DNA of 63,927 nucleotides, the filler included, from Octopus bimaculoides (lineage: Eukaryota), in NCBI RefSeq assembly GCF_001194135.2. It is 5 parts of 5 records of this genome, joined end to end, with 100 filler letters (N's around TTAATTAATTAA, not from the genome) between each part and the next. Parts side by side here need not be neighbours in the genome. Positions count along the whole stretch, not along the records: positions 51,752 to 60,874 come from NC_068985.1; positions 60,975 to 63,927 come from NC_068981.1; 3 more parts are not named here. One strand, 5' to 3'. The translations under genes were made by a program, and so were the position numbers. Under the pieces are notes generated by a model. It searched no databases, was not told where the DNA came from, and was given only the letters and a program-made list of their open reading frames with translations. Positions 52,250 to 63,927 of the stretch are shown here, one piece after another (positions within the stretch are counted from its first letter, which is position 1; every line of letters starts with the position of its first letter).

Positions 52250-54900
52250 TAGGAAGGTATAACGATGCAATACAATTGGTGTAGTCTTTTAATAACTTCG
52301 TCGGAGCTCTTGACGTGTCCCGGAAAGGTGGAGAGTATGGGTTTCAAGATGTAAGAAAGTAACCAGGATATTTTATATAGAGGTCTTTCTACGCTGGAGA
52401 CGATGGGTCTAATCTGGGTCGTGTTGCTATTCTTGTGTGTTTTAATGAGGTGATAAAATCTAGGTAGTCTACTGTTCTTTGTGATGAAGTTGTTCTTGAA
52501 TTTATTATATATTTGTCTCCGTCTACAGATGTCAGTCCATGCGGTATTAATTCGGTCCTCAATCCTGGTCGCAGTTATATCTGTCACTTCAGAATATAGT
52601 CTGTCATTGCTTAAATGTTCTTGAGCCAGTCTATCATATATTTCACGAGAAATCACGCAGATTTCTTTTCCTTTATCTGATGGTAAGTATACAAGGTTTT
52701 TGTTGTTTAGTTTAGCCAGTGTTTTATGTTGCGCCTTGGTTAAATTTGGGGTTATATNNNNNNNNNNNNNNNNNNNNNNNNNNNNNNNNNNNNNNNNNNN
52801 NNNNNNNNNNNNNNNNNNNNNNNNNNNNNNNNNNNNNNNNNNNNNNNNNNNNNNNNNNNNNNNNNNNNNNNNNNNNNNNNNNNNNNNNNNNNNNNNNNNN
52901 NNNNNNNNNNNNNNNNNNNNNNNNNNNNNNNNNNNNNNNNNNNNNNNNNNNNNNNNNNNNNNNNNNNNNNNNNNNNNNNNNNNNNNNNNNNNNNNNNNNN
53001 NNNNNNNNNNNNNNNNNNNNNNNNNNNNNNNNNNNNNNNNNNNNNNNNNNNNNNNNNNNNNNNNNNNNNNNNNNNNNNNNNNNNNNNNNNNNNNNNNNNN
53101 NNNNNNNNNNNNNNNNNNNNNNNNNNNNNNNNNNNNNNNNNNNNNNNNNNNNNNNNNNNNNNNNNNNNNNNNNNNNNNNNNNNNNNNNNNNNNNNNNNNN
53201 NNNNNNNNNNNNNNNNNNNNNNNNNNNNNNNNNNNNNNNNNNNNNNNNNNNNNNNNNNNNNNNNNNNNNNNNNNNNNNNNNNNNNNNNNNNNNNNNNNNN
53301 NNNNNNNNNNNNNNNNNNNNNNNNNNNNNNNNNNNNNNNNNNNNNNNNNNNNNNNNNNNNNNNNNNNNNNNNNNNNNNNNNNNNNNNNNNNNNNNNNNNN
53401 NNNNNNNAAAGCCACTGGAATTTAAGTTTGAGGCGTTTCTTCTCTTGGTCAACGCAGTGGTGGTAGCATCGGTCAATAGCTGTGGTTATTCTTCGGTATG
53501 TATGTCCATTGGTTGACGTGATGCTGGATATTATTTCAGAGAATTTGCGTATATGCTCATGTAGTTGTTGGTGCAGATGTTTCTGATGACGAACGTATGT
53601 ATGTATTTCAGTGATCTCCGAAGGGTAGGGCTGCGGAAACAAGTGGGTAGATGTATGTTCCTGATGGTGTTGGGAACTATATTGTTTTTTAGGCAGCGTT
53701 TAAGAAAGTTTATTTGGCATCCGATTTTAGCACGTTTCTCAGATAGCTTGATCAATTCCCTAGCAGTCGCGAACTCGGCCTGGCCCAGGCATAGAGATAG
53801 GAGAGTATTGTAGTTCGCTTGAAGCATTGTGTATTGTTTGTAAAGAATAAAAACGGAAGAAGGGGAAATCCACACCGAGTTCTACAGGAAAGCAGCCAGT
53901 AGAGATATGTTTGTCCAATACAATTCAGCACTTCCACTCGGTGCCAAAATAGGATACGCCAGAAACGAACTTGCACGCATCCAAGGCAAATGCAGCAGAA
54001 CGGAGGACAAGGTGACCCACACTACACGCTTCCTAGATTTATTGAAAACCAACGGATATCCTAGATCCATTGTAAATCGGCTTAAGCATTCAAGACGACC
54101 GACATGCCGAACAAATAGAAAACCCAGCAACACATGCTTCCTTAAAATACCCCATTTTAGCGAGAGGATAACTACAGCCATCCGAAGAGCCATACGAAGA
54201 GAAGGGCTAGATATACAACTAGCTCACTCCGGCCCCTCTCTGAGAGGACACCTCGCAAAGAAACTAATAAGAGACAACAATCAATGCACATTAACAAATT
54301 GTCCCATCCGTGATACAGATTTATGCCAACGGGTAAATATTGTGTATAAAATACAATGTAACAAATGCAACAAGTTCTATGTGGGTAGCACAACAAGACC
54401 GTTACACGTCCGCATCAAAGAACATATGAACACGAGAGCCTCTTCCTTCAGAAAACATCTTGATAGTTGCCGGAACACTGATAAAAGCATAACACTCACA
54501 ATTGAGGCCAATGAAAGAAATTTGGGTAATTTAAGAATCAAGGAATAATAAAATAAAATAAAATAAAATAAAATAAAAAGAAAGGGGGAAAAAAGAGAAG
54601 CTGCACGTATAACACATAACTTAGAAGCAGCGCCACAGACGTATCAACACATTTTTTTATTATTTTATTTAAGTTTTTTTTTGCCCCTCTTTTTTGTTGT
54701 AAACAATATATGAGCATGTTATTAAGAATTAACCTACACACATCCAGATGTAGCTAAATAATATATTGATTACCAACTTCCATCCTGTTGTTAATTTGGG
54801 GTCTTAGTTTGTGTATGAGTAAAGCTACCTTGATTCTTAAATTAGCCAAATTTCTTTCATTGGCCTCAATTGTAACTGTTATGCTTTTATCAGTGTTTCC
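52250..54900. mobile_element. Rearranged Penelope-like element (GIY-YIG type)
   Basis: Minus strand: N-terminus from 53827 and RT SDKG..PRFYHLIKTHK..IRPIVS. Plus strand ~53855-54543: EFYRK, VYKIQCNKCNKFYVGST..RIKEH. Minus strand 54900-54760: ORF terminus. Confidence 0.88.
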
Positions 54901-55889
54901 AGCAATGGACAAATGGGTAGAATAAGAAAAAAATAAACGAGTGAAGAACGAAAAAAAATGACCATCCCGAAATATAACAATATTTCTTTCAACGCACGAA
55001 TCTTGGAAAAAGAAATCCACACAGACACACACGTACATACACACACGTACATACATACACACACACACACACACAAACACACACCACACACACAAACACA
55101 CACACACACACACACACATATATATTGAGGACGCATGGCCTATTGACTAGGGTGGTGTGGTGTGTTCTTGTGCAAAGCACATTGATATACGTAGCCATTG
55201 ATATATATGAGATAATTTTTTGTTTAAATGTCATGTTGCTCTACGATTATTTCGACACCGGGCGCGTGGCACACCGTGCACCTGTTCAGACAACGTCGAA
55301 TTCATGGAGACAGTAAAATAATGTATGGCACAAACATTTGATCGCTGGAAACAACTCGTTTGCGCAGGCTTTTCGGCAAAATCTGAACAATCACATGTCG
55401 TCTTCGACGAGAAAATCATGTATGTTTATATATACATGTGTACAAACACTGCACCAATTGTACTGCATTTAACAGTCTCCAGGTCTAAGCGAATTGAATT
55501 TACTTCCAGCAAATGAAATTGTTTGTATCGGTGGAATACGTAAGAATTCAATTTTTTGAACATTTCAATAACAGTCAAAAGCATCATTTTTTTTTTTACC
55601 CTATTCACCATAATTCGATCCATACGATATATAAATATCTTCTTATATTTTTTACTTGATCAATTAATCAGATTTCGGCTATGCTGCACCACCGCCTTCA
55701 AGAGATATTGTCGATTCATTCGATCCCAGGACATTTTAAAGCCTGGTACGTATTCTATCGGTCTCTCTTGCCGAATCACTAGTTTACAGTGACCTAAACA
55801 CATCAAAAATTATCACGCAAGGGAGGGCAAAAACACATGCATACACACAAGTGTGTGTGTGCATGTGTGTGTGTGTATGTATGTGTGTA

Positions 55890-55937
<48 letters not shown>

Positions 55938-56081
55938 TGTATGTGTGTGTGCGTGTATACGACAAGATACTTTCAGCTTTCCTCTTCTAAGTATGCCATG
56001 ACAAGGCTAGCTAAGTTGGTTCCTATCTTTTTCTCTGTTTTTATCACGACAAAACTGCTAAATTATGGGAATCTATCGCTT

Positions 56082-56195
56082 ATGGACATATCACGCTGAA
56101 AACATCAGTTCTTGTCTGATCACAGAACTGAAGCAACGTCGAACCTTGTTAGTACTAAGATGAAGGACCGCTTGGGAAAACTAACTGTTGTAAGA
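56082..56195 (+). pseudogene. 5S rRNA pseudogene
   Basis: CATATCACGCTGAAAACATCAGTTCTTGTCTGATCAC..TTAGTACT..GACCGCTTGGGAA then an oligo-T run. Confidence 0.75.
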
Positions 56196-56366
56196 TCTTT
56201 TTTTTTTTTTTTGTAATCATTTTTCAGCTAATCATTTGTCTTCATATTCTGTAGTCATTTCTTTAAAATACCGACGAATTCGCATTCGAATATCTCTTTT
56301 ACATATTTTTATTTATGCCTTGTGGTGTATTAAGAATAAAAAATGCTAATTTATTCGTTACGTAGC

Positions 56367-56484
56367 GTTTAAGGCCATATCACGAGAAAATCACCATTTA
56401 GCGTCGGATCACCTAAGTTGTGTAACGTTCAGTCTAGTTAGTACTTAGATGGGTGATTGCAAGGGAAATCTAGATGCTGTAAGC
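56367..56484 (+). pseudogene. 5S rRNA pseudogene (more degenerate)
   Basis: GTTTAAGGCCATATCAC..GGATCACCTAAGTT..GTTAGTACTTAGATGGGTGA..GGGAA..TGCTGTAAGC. Confidence 0.75.
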
Positions 56485-56679
56485 AACTGGATTTTTGTAG
56501 TTCTTTTTCTTCTTACCATTCTTTGTCAAATTCTGTTGTCACTTATTTAATATTTCGAAGACTATATAAAGAACTGCTCGTGGAAACATCCACATATACC
56601 TATAGGGACGCAACATCCATTCTCTCCTCGCCGACTAAATTGCTTTAAGTAGCCTTTTCTACTTCTGTACCTTAATCTA

Positions 56680-57310
56680 ATATGGAGTTGCACAGAGTAG
56701 GTAGTATAAATTCATATATTCAGGTGTCACCTAGGAAACAAGGCCATCTACTACACGACTTCAGATTACTAAGCATCAATGTAATGGCCATCAGTGAAGC
56801 CGGACTCACCGACCGACAAGGTTTCGTACCCGTTTTCAGTAGATACGAGATATATTCACCTCTATGTCAACAAAGCATGGGAGGCGGAACCGCAGAGCTG
56901 TTCCACACAAGCCTGAGTCCCAAGATAGGATTATCTTCTTGGACTCAGAAGGTATGTTAGTGCTCCTAGTTTTGAACAACTTTGACGGGGCTGCAATCAG
57001 ACTGGTGGCAGTCTATGCTCTGAGAGGAGCAGGAAAGCTGGATTTCTGTAGATGTCTGGATGTTTTCTTAGGAACGTACTGACCTGTAGTGTTAGTTGGT
57101 GATTGGAACGCCGTCTTAGACGCACTTTTGGACTGTGTGGGAGTAGCAGATACAAGATGGTGTGTTAAGAGCCTCTCAAACCTGCTCAGACATTTCCAAC
57201 TGTCTGAGAAATACCGACTGGATTTCCCGGATGTGCCGATGTGGACGAATTGCATCGAGTCTCCCAGGCCCTGTCTAGATAGGGTATTATGTAGACCAGT
57301 GTCCACTTTT
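56680..57310 (+). mobile_element. Tx1/L1-like LINE APE endonuclease fragment
   Basis: INVMAISE, RLVAVYA, LVGDWNAVLD, LDRVL. Confidence 0.85.
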
Positions 57311-58439
57311 GAGTAGTAGTAATGTATTTATAGGAAGTTAATTATATGGCGGGAAAGCTTGTTAGACGGAGTTGGCATATTATTTGTCGAAGAATTGAGT
57401 TCGTATAGCTTTGGAACCTACCGTCGCTTGGATAAGATGGAGATGTACGGGGATCGGTTATTCCACAAAAGATATACCAACACCGTTTAACAAGCTTTCC
57501 AGCCATATAATGAAATTCCGATACATACATATGTACGTACGTACGTACGTGCGTGTGTGCGTGCGTAAGGCGGTGCTCCGGCATTGCTGCAGTCAAATGA
57601 CTGAAAATAGTAAAAGAATAATACAAGAGTGTATGCGTACATATATGTGTATGTAGATGTGTGCACACACACAAACACACGCACTCACACACACACACAC
57701 ACATACACTTACGTAGATAAAGACATACACATATACACGCCTACATACGTATGCATTTATATATGTATGTTTTTATACTTACACAAAATAATTAAATGTA
57801 GTATACATAAATTAGTCAAAAGAGGAGTGGTGGTTGAGAACATGACATTTGCAGCCATCCTCAGTTTCTGAAGTTTATGTTCATCTTGTGCATATGTAAG
57901 GTGAAAAATGAAGAAAAATAAGTGGACGAGGAAAGGCTTTCAAAAGAATGGTCTTCAGAGGAATGCCTTTCTTGCAATTCAAGGCTGCATAAAGATTTTA
58001 TTGTAGCTGTTGAGCTCCTGATCGAACAGAAACGTCTGATCAGAAGTGTTCTAGTCATGACCATGCATTGATTATAACTTCATTTATTTGAAACGATAGT
58101 GTGTTGTATGAGAGGTATCTGGTTTCTATTTCTATCCAACCTAGTTACCACTTAGAATGTTCCTTGTTGAGTTTATCGGCAGCAAATTAGTCATATAATA
58201 AAATGTGATGTACAGCGGTTTGTAAAATCTCTTGTACAGATAGATAAAGCTTTTGGATGAAGCGAATCATGGCACTAAGTGGAGTGAGTCTGTAGAGCTA
58301 ACTAGCTTCATATAGAAGTGATAAATGAAACAGTGAGGAAGCAGGGAATCTTTGAGTGTAGGGTTGTTAGATTGTTGCCAACCAATTAAATATCTACGAC
58401 GTAGTATCAAAAATTTCAGTAAGATTACGGCGACGGAAC

Positions 58440-58945
58440 AATCGGTTACACGCAATGGTTCGAGTGGCACAGATGCTTCGAAAGAGGAAGTACGTCCCTA
58501 GGCACTGAGCGATGTGGAAGACCTTCCACGTGCATCACATCCGTGTATGTGCTATTCTGCATCGCGAATTCGTTCTCTAAGGCCAGACCGTCAATCGACA
58601 GTTCTACTACTGTTTTGAAGCGTTTGAGAGAAGACATTAGGCAAAAATGACCGGACCTGCAGAGCGCGAAAAAGTGGATTCCCAACAATGCACCTTGTCA
58701 CCGAGCTCTCTCACTCTTGGGTTTTTCGCGCAAAACAAGGTATCGCTTCTGCACCCATTCTATTCACCAGATTTAGCGGACTTCCATTTCTTTCACAGAT
58801 CAAAATGCAGCTCAAAGGTCGCCGTTTTAACACCGTTGTCGAGACCCAGAGCGAATCGTCGGAGGTCCTCGACTCGTTTAAGGTAAACGAATTGCAGGCC
58901 AGATTCCAACAGTGGCAGGAATTCTAAGACCAGAGTATTGCAGTG
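58440..58945 (+). mobile_element. mariner transposase C-terminal fragment
   Basis: GQTVNRQFY..KRLREDIRQK, NAPCH, LHPFYSPDLA, LKGRRF. Confidence 0.85.
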
Positions 58946-59052
58946 CTATATGCATGTGTGTGTATGTATAAATGTGTGTTTGTGTTAAATAAAATGAGAC
59001 AACAAGGCCACCGCAATGTGAAATTTCTTGCACGTTTATAAAGAGAAAGGTA

Positions 59053-59100
59053 GACTTACAACTGTTTCAAGGATATGAGGGATATCCCTTCAACAGAGAC
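59053..59100 (-). ncRNA. Minimal type-I hammerhead ribozyme (core A6U)
   Basis: GUCU CUGUUGA AGGGAUAU-CCCUC-AUAUCCUU GAAAC AGUU GUA AGUC. Confidence 0.7.
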
Positions 59101-60261
59101 GATATCAGAAAGTAAAATAGAGGGAAATAGTTGGGTTCAATATAAGAAGTTATTTTGGAAAGGGAAAGATATAGCAAGCATAAAGGGAAATAAGGGAGTA
59201 AAAATTAAAATATATGTTGGATGTNNNNNNNNNNNNNNNNNNNNNNNNNNNNNNNNNNNNNNNNNNNNNNNNNNNNNNNNNNNNNNNNNNNNNNNNNNNN
59301 NNNNNNNNNNNNNNNNNNNNNNNNNNNNNNNNNNNNNNNNNNNNNNNNNNNNNNNNNNNNNNNNNNNNNNNNNNNNNNNNNNNNNNNNNNNNNNNNNNNN
59401 NNNNNNNNNNNNNNNNNNNNNNNNNNNNNNNNNNNNNNNNNNNNNNNNNNNNNNNNNNNNNNNNNNNNNNNNNNNNNNNNNNNNNNNNNNNNNNNNNNNN
59501 NNNNNNNNNNNNNNNNNNNNNNNNNNNNNNNNNNNNNNNNNNNNNNNNNNNNNNNNNNNNNNNNNNNNNNNNNNNNNNNNNNNNNNNNNNNNNNNNNNNN
59601 NNNNNNNNNNNNNNNNNNNNNNNNNNNNNNNNNNNNNNNNNNNNNNNNNNNNNNNNNNNNNNNNNNNNNNNNNNNNNNNNNNNNNNNNNNCTGGTAGGTG
59701 TAAGTAGATAGAGAGAATAGAATAGATGTGCATGTTAGAAGGCGGAGAATGGTAATGGTCAAAAGGAATAGGAGAGGAAAGAATAAAGAAAGAGGAATAG
59801 AAAATGAGAAAAAGGAGTGCTAGATGGTGGTCAACATATTGTGAGGGGGAGGGGAGCGAAGAACTATCAGTACATAAAATAAATAGGGGTAGAGATAGAA
59901 AGAAAAGATAAGAATGTAAGGAAAGAATATGTGTGAGAAGTGAAAGGTGGAGTGATATGTTTGAAAGGCGCTAAATTAGTGTGATAGGGAAAGAAAATGG
60001 TACGCAGGGGTGGGGCTTTACTAACAGTGAGTATTAAACCTCAAAAAAGAAGGGAAGAAAAATAAGATTAATGTTCAAGTTTCTAAAAATAGACGTAGGC
60101 ATTTATTGTACTAACTAAAGAGATAGTGGGGGGTTATGAATCTGTGAGAGAAAGAAAAATATGTATACAGACATACTCACACGCGAACACACATACATAT
60201 AAATGAGTATATGAACTGTTACATAAGCCCACATACTTATGTACTATATAAATAAGCATAC

Positions 60262-60309
<48 letters not shown>

Positions 60310-60368
60310 AAAGAAAGAAAAAGATAAAGAGATCAATGGCAAAGTTAGAATTATATTTTATGTATAAA

Positions 60369-60417
60369 GTCTTACAGCTGTTTCAGGGAAAATCCAATGT
60401 ATCCCTTCCTCGGAGAC
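60369..60417 (-). ncRNA. Minimal type-I hammerhead ribozyme (core U4C)
   Basis: GUCU CCGAGGA AGGGA-loop-UCCCU GAAAC AGCU GUA AGAC; stems I and II fully paired, palindromic stem III. Confidence 0.78.
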
Positions 60418-60611
60418 GGTAATAGTAGAAGAATGGATTATTACATCTATAAGAGGAGATTTGTAGTAAGAAGTGAGAAAGAACAAAGAAGAAAAAGTAC
60501 TTGGAGTATAGTTCCATTCCAACAGTAATGTTCTTTCTTCTACACATCGCTGTCACTTCTTACTACAAATCTCCTCTTATAGATGTAATAATCCATTCTT
60601 CTACTATTACC

Positions 60612-60660
60612 GTCTCCGATGAAGGGATACGTTAGATTTTCGCTGAAACAGCTGTAAGAA
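60612..60660 (+). ncRNA. Minimal type-I hammerhead ribozyme (core U4C, one mismatch each in stems I and II)
   Basis: GUCU CCGAUGA AGGGA-loop-UCGCU GAAAC AGCU GUA AGAA. Confidence 0.7.
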
Positions 60661-60874
60661 TTTATACATAAAATATAATTCTAACTTTGCCATTGATCTC
60701 TTTATCTTTTTCTTTCTTTATACATACACACGCTGATGCACGACCTATGTTATATTCCCCACTCATGTCGCTACAACGACAGGGGCAAAATTAGTCGGTA
60801 TACAGCACTTACTCGGTATTGCCTGTATCTTTAGGGTTTGGTTCACTCCAATACACTTCATAACCTATATATAT

Positions 60875-60974
60875 NNNNNNNNNNNNNNNNNNNNNNNNNN
60901 NNNNNNNNNNNNNNNNNNTTAATTAATTAANNNNNNNNNNNNNNNNNNNNNNNNNNNNNNNNNNNNNNNNNNNN
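60875..60974. other. Scaffold-join gap with TTAATTAATTAA linker
   Basis: 44N+12+44N. Confidence 0.95.
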
Positions 60975-63612
60975 TGCACATCCATACGCTTACGCACCCA
61001 CAAACAGGAATATGGCGATTAATAATGCGGAATCATATATTAGAGTATATGTTACATATAAGAAGTGAAGGAAAATCTGATACGGTATAATATCAATGTT
61101 AGTTCCGTCTTCTTCCTACTCTTTCTGAATATATTGCTTTTAGTCATTATTTTAGAAAAACGATTTCAGCTAAGTCGTCTCTAGTGCGGCTGTTTTATCT
61201 ACACATATTTACCTTTCTTTTTTGAGTTGCTCTGTATTTATACACTGTGTGAACTGGAGAAACCCTACTGTTAGAAGCATTGTTAATTGGGATTTTACTA
61301 TACAGCCAAATCACGAGTTTATTATTATGAGTCTTAAATGTGTTGCAGTCTTATAAGAGGTGAAATTGCCAATGAAAAGAAATATAAGTTACAGGATCAA
61401 AAGAAAATTTAGGAATTATCAACAAATATGAAAATGGTACCAGCACATTGTGAGTCAACACTGCGAAACATTATTGCGAGTACGAAGGTTTACAGTGACC
61501 TTTATAGAATTACTGTTTCATGATCGATACATCGAGAAACTAGAAACAAATTAGCAGACTGCATCGTCATTTTTCTCTTTGCATCGACGATTGCAACCGA
61601 AAAGCATTTTTTAAAGACTAATGTGCATCAAACCACAGGTTTAAGACAAACTGAATGGACAAAACAAAACCAAACTGAAATATAAACTTAATATTTTCTG
61701 TATATTCTGGTTCTTATAGAAGACAATCTAGAATCAATAACGTTAGAGATGCTTGGGAAAGTGAAAGAACATCCAATTTCACAACACACATATATCGTGC
61801 CGGTGCAATAGTAACGAAACAAAATTTAGTTTTGGAAAATATTTTTAAACAATGATGGAATATTCATTCTTAACACGTTCCAGCGGATTCGAACGTGAAC
61901 ATGCTAATCATTTCTGTGTTTCGTCATAGGAGAACAACTTCTAATGCGCATTTGTAACACTCTCGATTCATTAAGAGACCCGGTGTTATAACATGATTCT
62001 GTCACCTCAGGTAAATGCATCCTGGCATAATTTTGAAAGTAACACAAGCTTGAAGTTGTTGTTTAAGATTTAACGGACAGTTTGTTGAACTCTTGTTATA
62101 GTCATTACTGCAGGGTAGTCAGCTGATCCTCCTGACTAATGCATACAGATATCTGCCGAAAATAAATCATGTTCAATTGTACCGGAACGCACTAAGAAAA
62201 ATTCGCAAGGCATCGTTTAGTTTCCCGTTATTTACCTTGTATATAATTTATTTCGAGTTCCCTGGATATGTTTTAATATGCTCTTCTTTACCCATCACAC
62301 CTATTTTATTTTTTGCATGTTGTTTGATAGAAGATTTCATCACTTAGCTGCTTCTGTGTTAAATAACTTTCATTAAACCACTTAAAATTTTGAATAATTT
62401 CCGTCAGTTCGATAAACATTCCCGACATAGATTTCCTATCATTTTGTATTGTGTAAAGAATTCACCTTATAATTCTTCCTCAGCTCTACCAATTCGACCG
62501 CATTTTCGCATTCCATTTTCTTCTTATTTTTTTTTTTAGTTAGTACATCTACATGTGTCTTTCAAGCAATAATCAGATTTTCAAATGACTCTGATGCATC
62601 AACGAAATGTAGCAATGTTGTCCGCAATATCCCTTTTAAATGATAATTCTTTTCAGAAACTTATCGTACCACATCTCAATTAATCACACAATCCGGGATT
62701 TTGGCCAGAGGATAAATCCCTCCAAGTCAACCCTGCCGTAGGCACTGCCACAATAATGTGCAGTGAGTTTCATCCCGACTAAAAGACAAACGATTATAAA
62801 AATAAAACGCGAACATTTGTAGGAAACCCAAGAAAAAATTTATATGTTGTGTAATTGTGAATTAAATGCAGAATAAATAACGCAATTTTCTTTTTAGCGC
62901 ATTGTTCTCTTTTGTGATGTTACAGATGTAGAGTAACACTAAAATTTCAATAAATACACTTTAAGAAAGGTTCATCACATTATGGTCGTTACTCAATTTA
63001 TTTTCAATTGATATCCTTCACTCACAGTGTACAAATACGATCTACACAAAATATGTGTTCTATGTCTTTAAGAGCCAGTTTCTTCCTATTTAAAATAGGA
63101 ATTGCATAATTCATCTGTACACAGTGCAGAAGGTACATGTTATTATAATTTTTTATGGAAAGGCTACTCCAGTTGGGTTCAGCTTATTACCTCCCTTTTA
63201 TTTATTTCACTTATAAGAGTGACGACATTCATTAAAGCTTCCAGACCTGATTCTGCAAATTGATTTCCAAGTGGTTTCAATTCTAAGAATTTTTTTTCCA
63301 TGTGTAATCGTCGTTTCCACAGGAATAAGCCACGATACCTCTCTCAAAATCTGTTCAATTAATCGTGTTGATTCGGTAAAAGCTTAAACTACTGCACATG
63401 CGTCCATCAGCTTTGCGCAAGAGTGCATAAAAACAGAATTGCCCGAATGTCAGAGGCGAAAATTTGCTGACAATATTTCACTCACTGTCTCTATGATAAA
63501 TGTGCGTACATAAATGATTCTTCTCTCTGGCGTTTGTTCGCCCAATATTTTACCGCTCTGAAAATTTGTTGATGTTATCTATCTTATCTATCTATCTATC
63601 TGTCTATCTATA

Positions 63613-63643
<31 letters not shown>

Positions 63644-63649
63644 TTATCT

Positions 63650-63927
63650 GGGGATGCAAATGCCTCAAAGACCTGCTCAGACGCTTTCAACTGTCTGACA
63701 GGTACCGACTCGATTACCCGAATGAGCCAATGTGGACATGGACAAACCGCATCGGGTCGTCGAGATCGTATCTAGATAGAATACTATGTAGGAGAGTAGA
63801 TAGAGATAGCATAGGGTTCCACAATTTCACATAGTCAGCTACACGGATCACAAACTTGTGACGTGTACGCTAGACTTAGATAAGACACATAGGCAGGGCT
63901 CCGGTTACTGGAAACTAAACGCGTCTT
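63650..63927 (+). mobile_element. Tx1/L1-like LINE endonuclease fragment running off the window
   Basis: MWTWTN..SYLDRIL..YTDHKLV..GSGYWKLNAS; homologous to 57170-57310. Confidence 0.88.

Larger units (their letters stand above)
60301..60728. repeat. 176-bp inverted repeat (60301-60476 / 60553-60728), 76-bp spacer
   Basis: Arms differ at five positions by manual alignment. Confidence 0.92.

Noticed and set aside
55240-55300. Hammerhead-like motif on the minus strand near the Penelope element
   Set aside because: Core CUGAACA lacks G8, stem II pairs poorly, and the position does not fit a pseudo-LTR
62300-63560. Helicase-like (CGRIGR) or BACK-like (IFRAVKYWA) peptides on the minus strand
   Set aside because: Isolated short matches in frames full of stops

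Overview
AT-rich, microsatellite-dense eukaryotic scaffold with many N gaps. The SINE/LINE families resemble those of octopod cephalopods (inference). Four 100-bp gaps carry a 44N-TTAATTAATTAA-44N scaffolding linker, so the window is five separately assembled blocks. The only intact host gene I can support is a divergent class A 7TM receptor with an intron-free CDS on the minus strand (14149-15084). The rest is mostly decayed mobile DNA: five RTE-clade LINE copies whose RT contains a C4HC3 PHD-like finger, Tx1/L1-like and R4-like LINE fragments, Penelope-like elements, one gypsy-order LTR retrotransposon with a -1 frameshift signal, mariner fragments, foldback MITEs, a Helitron-like end, tRNA-derived SINEs and three 5S rRNA pseudogenes. 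The most notable items are three minimal type-I hammerhead ribozymes at 59.05-60.66 kb (two in a 176-bp palindrome whose only mismatches fall in the ribozyme), the PHD-in-RT LINE, and the orphan GPCR. Most short ORFs in the track are microsatellite or N-gap artefacts. TE boundaries are approximate and family calls come from motif recognition, not searches.
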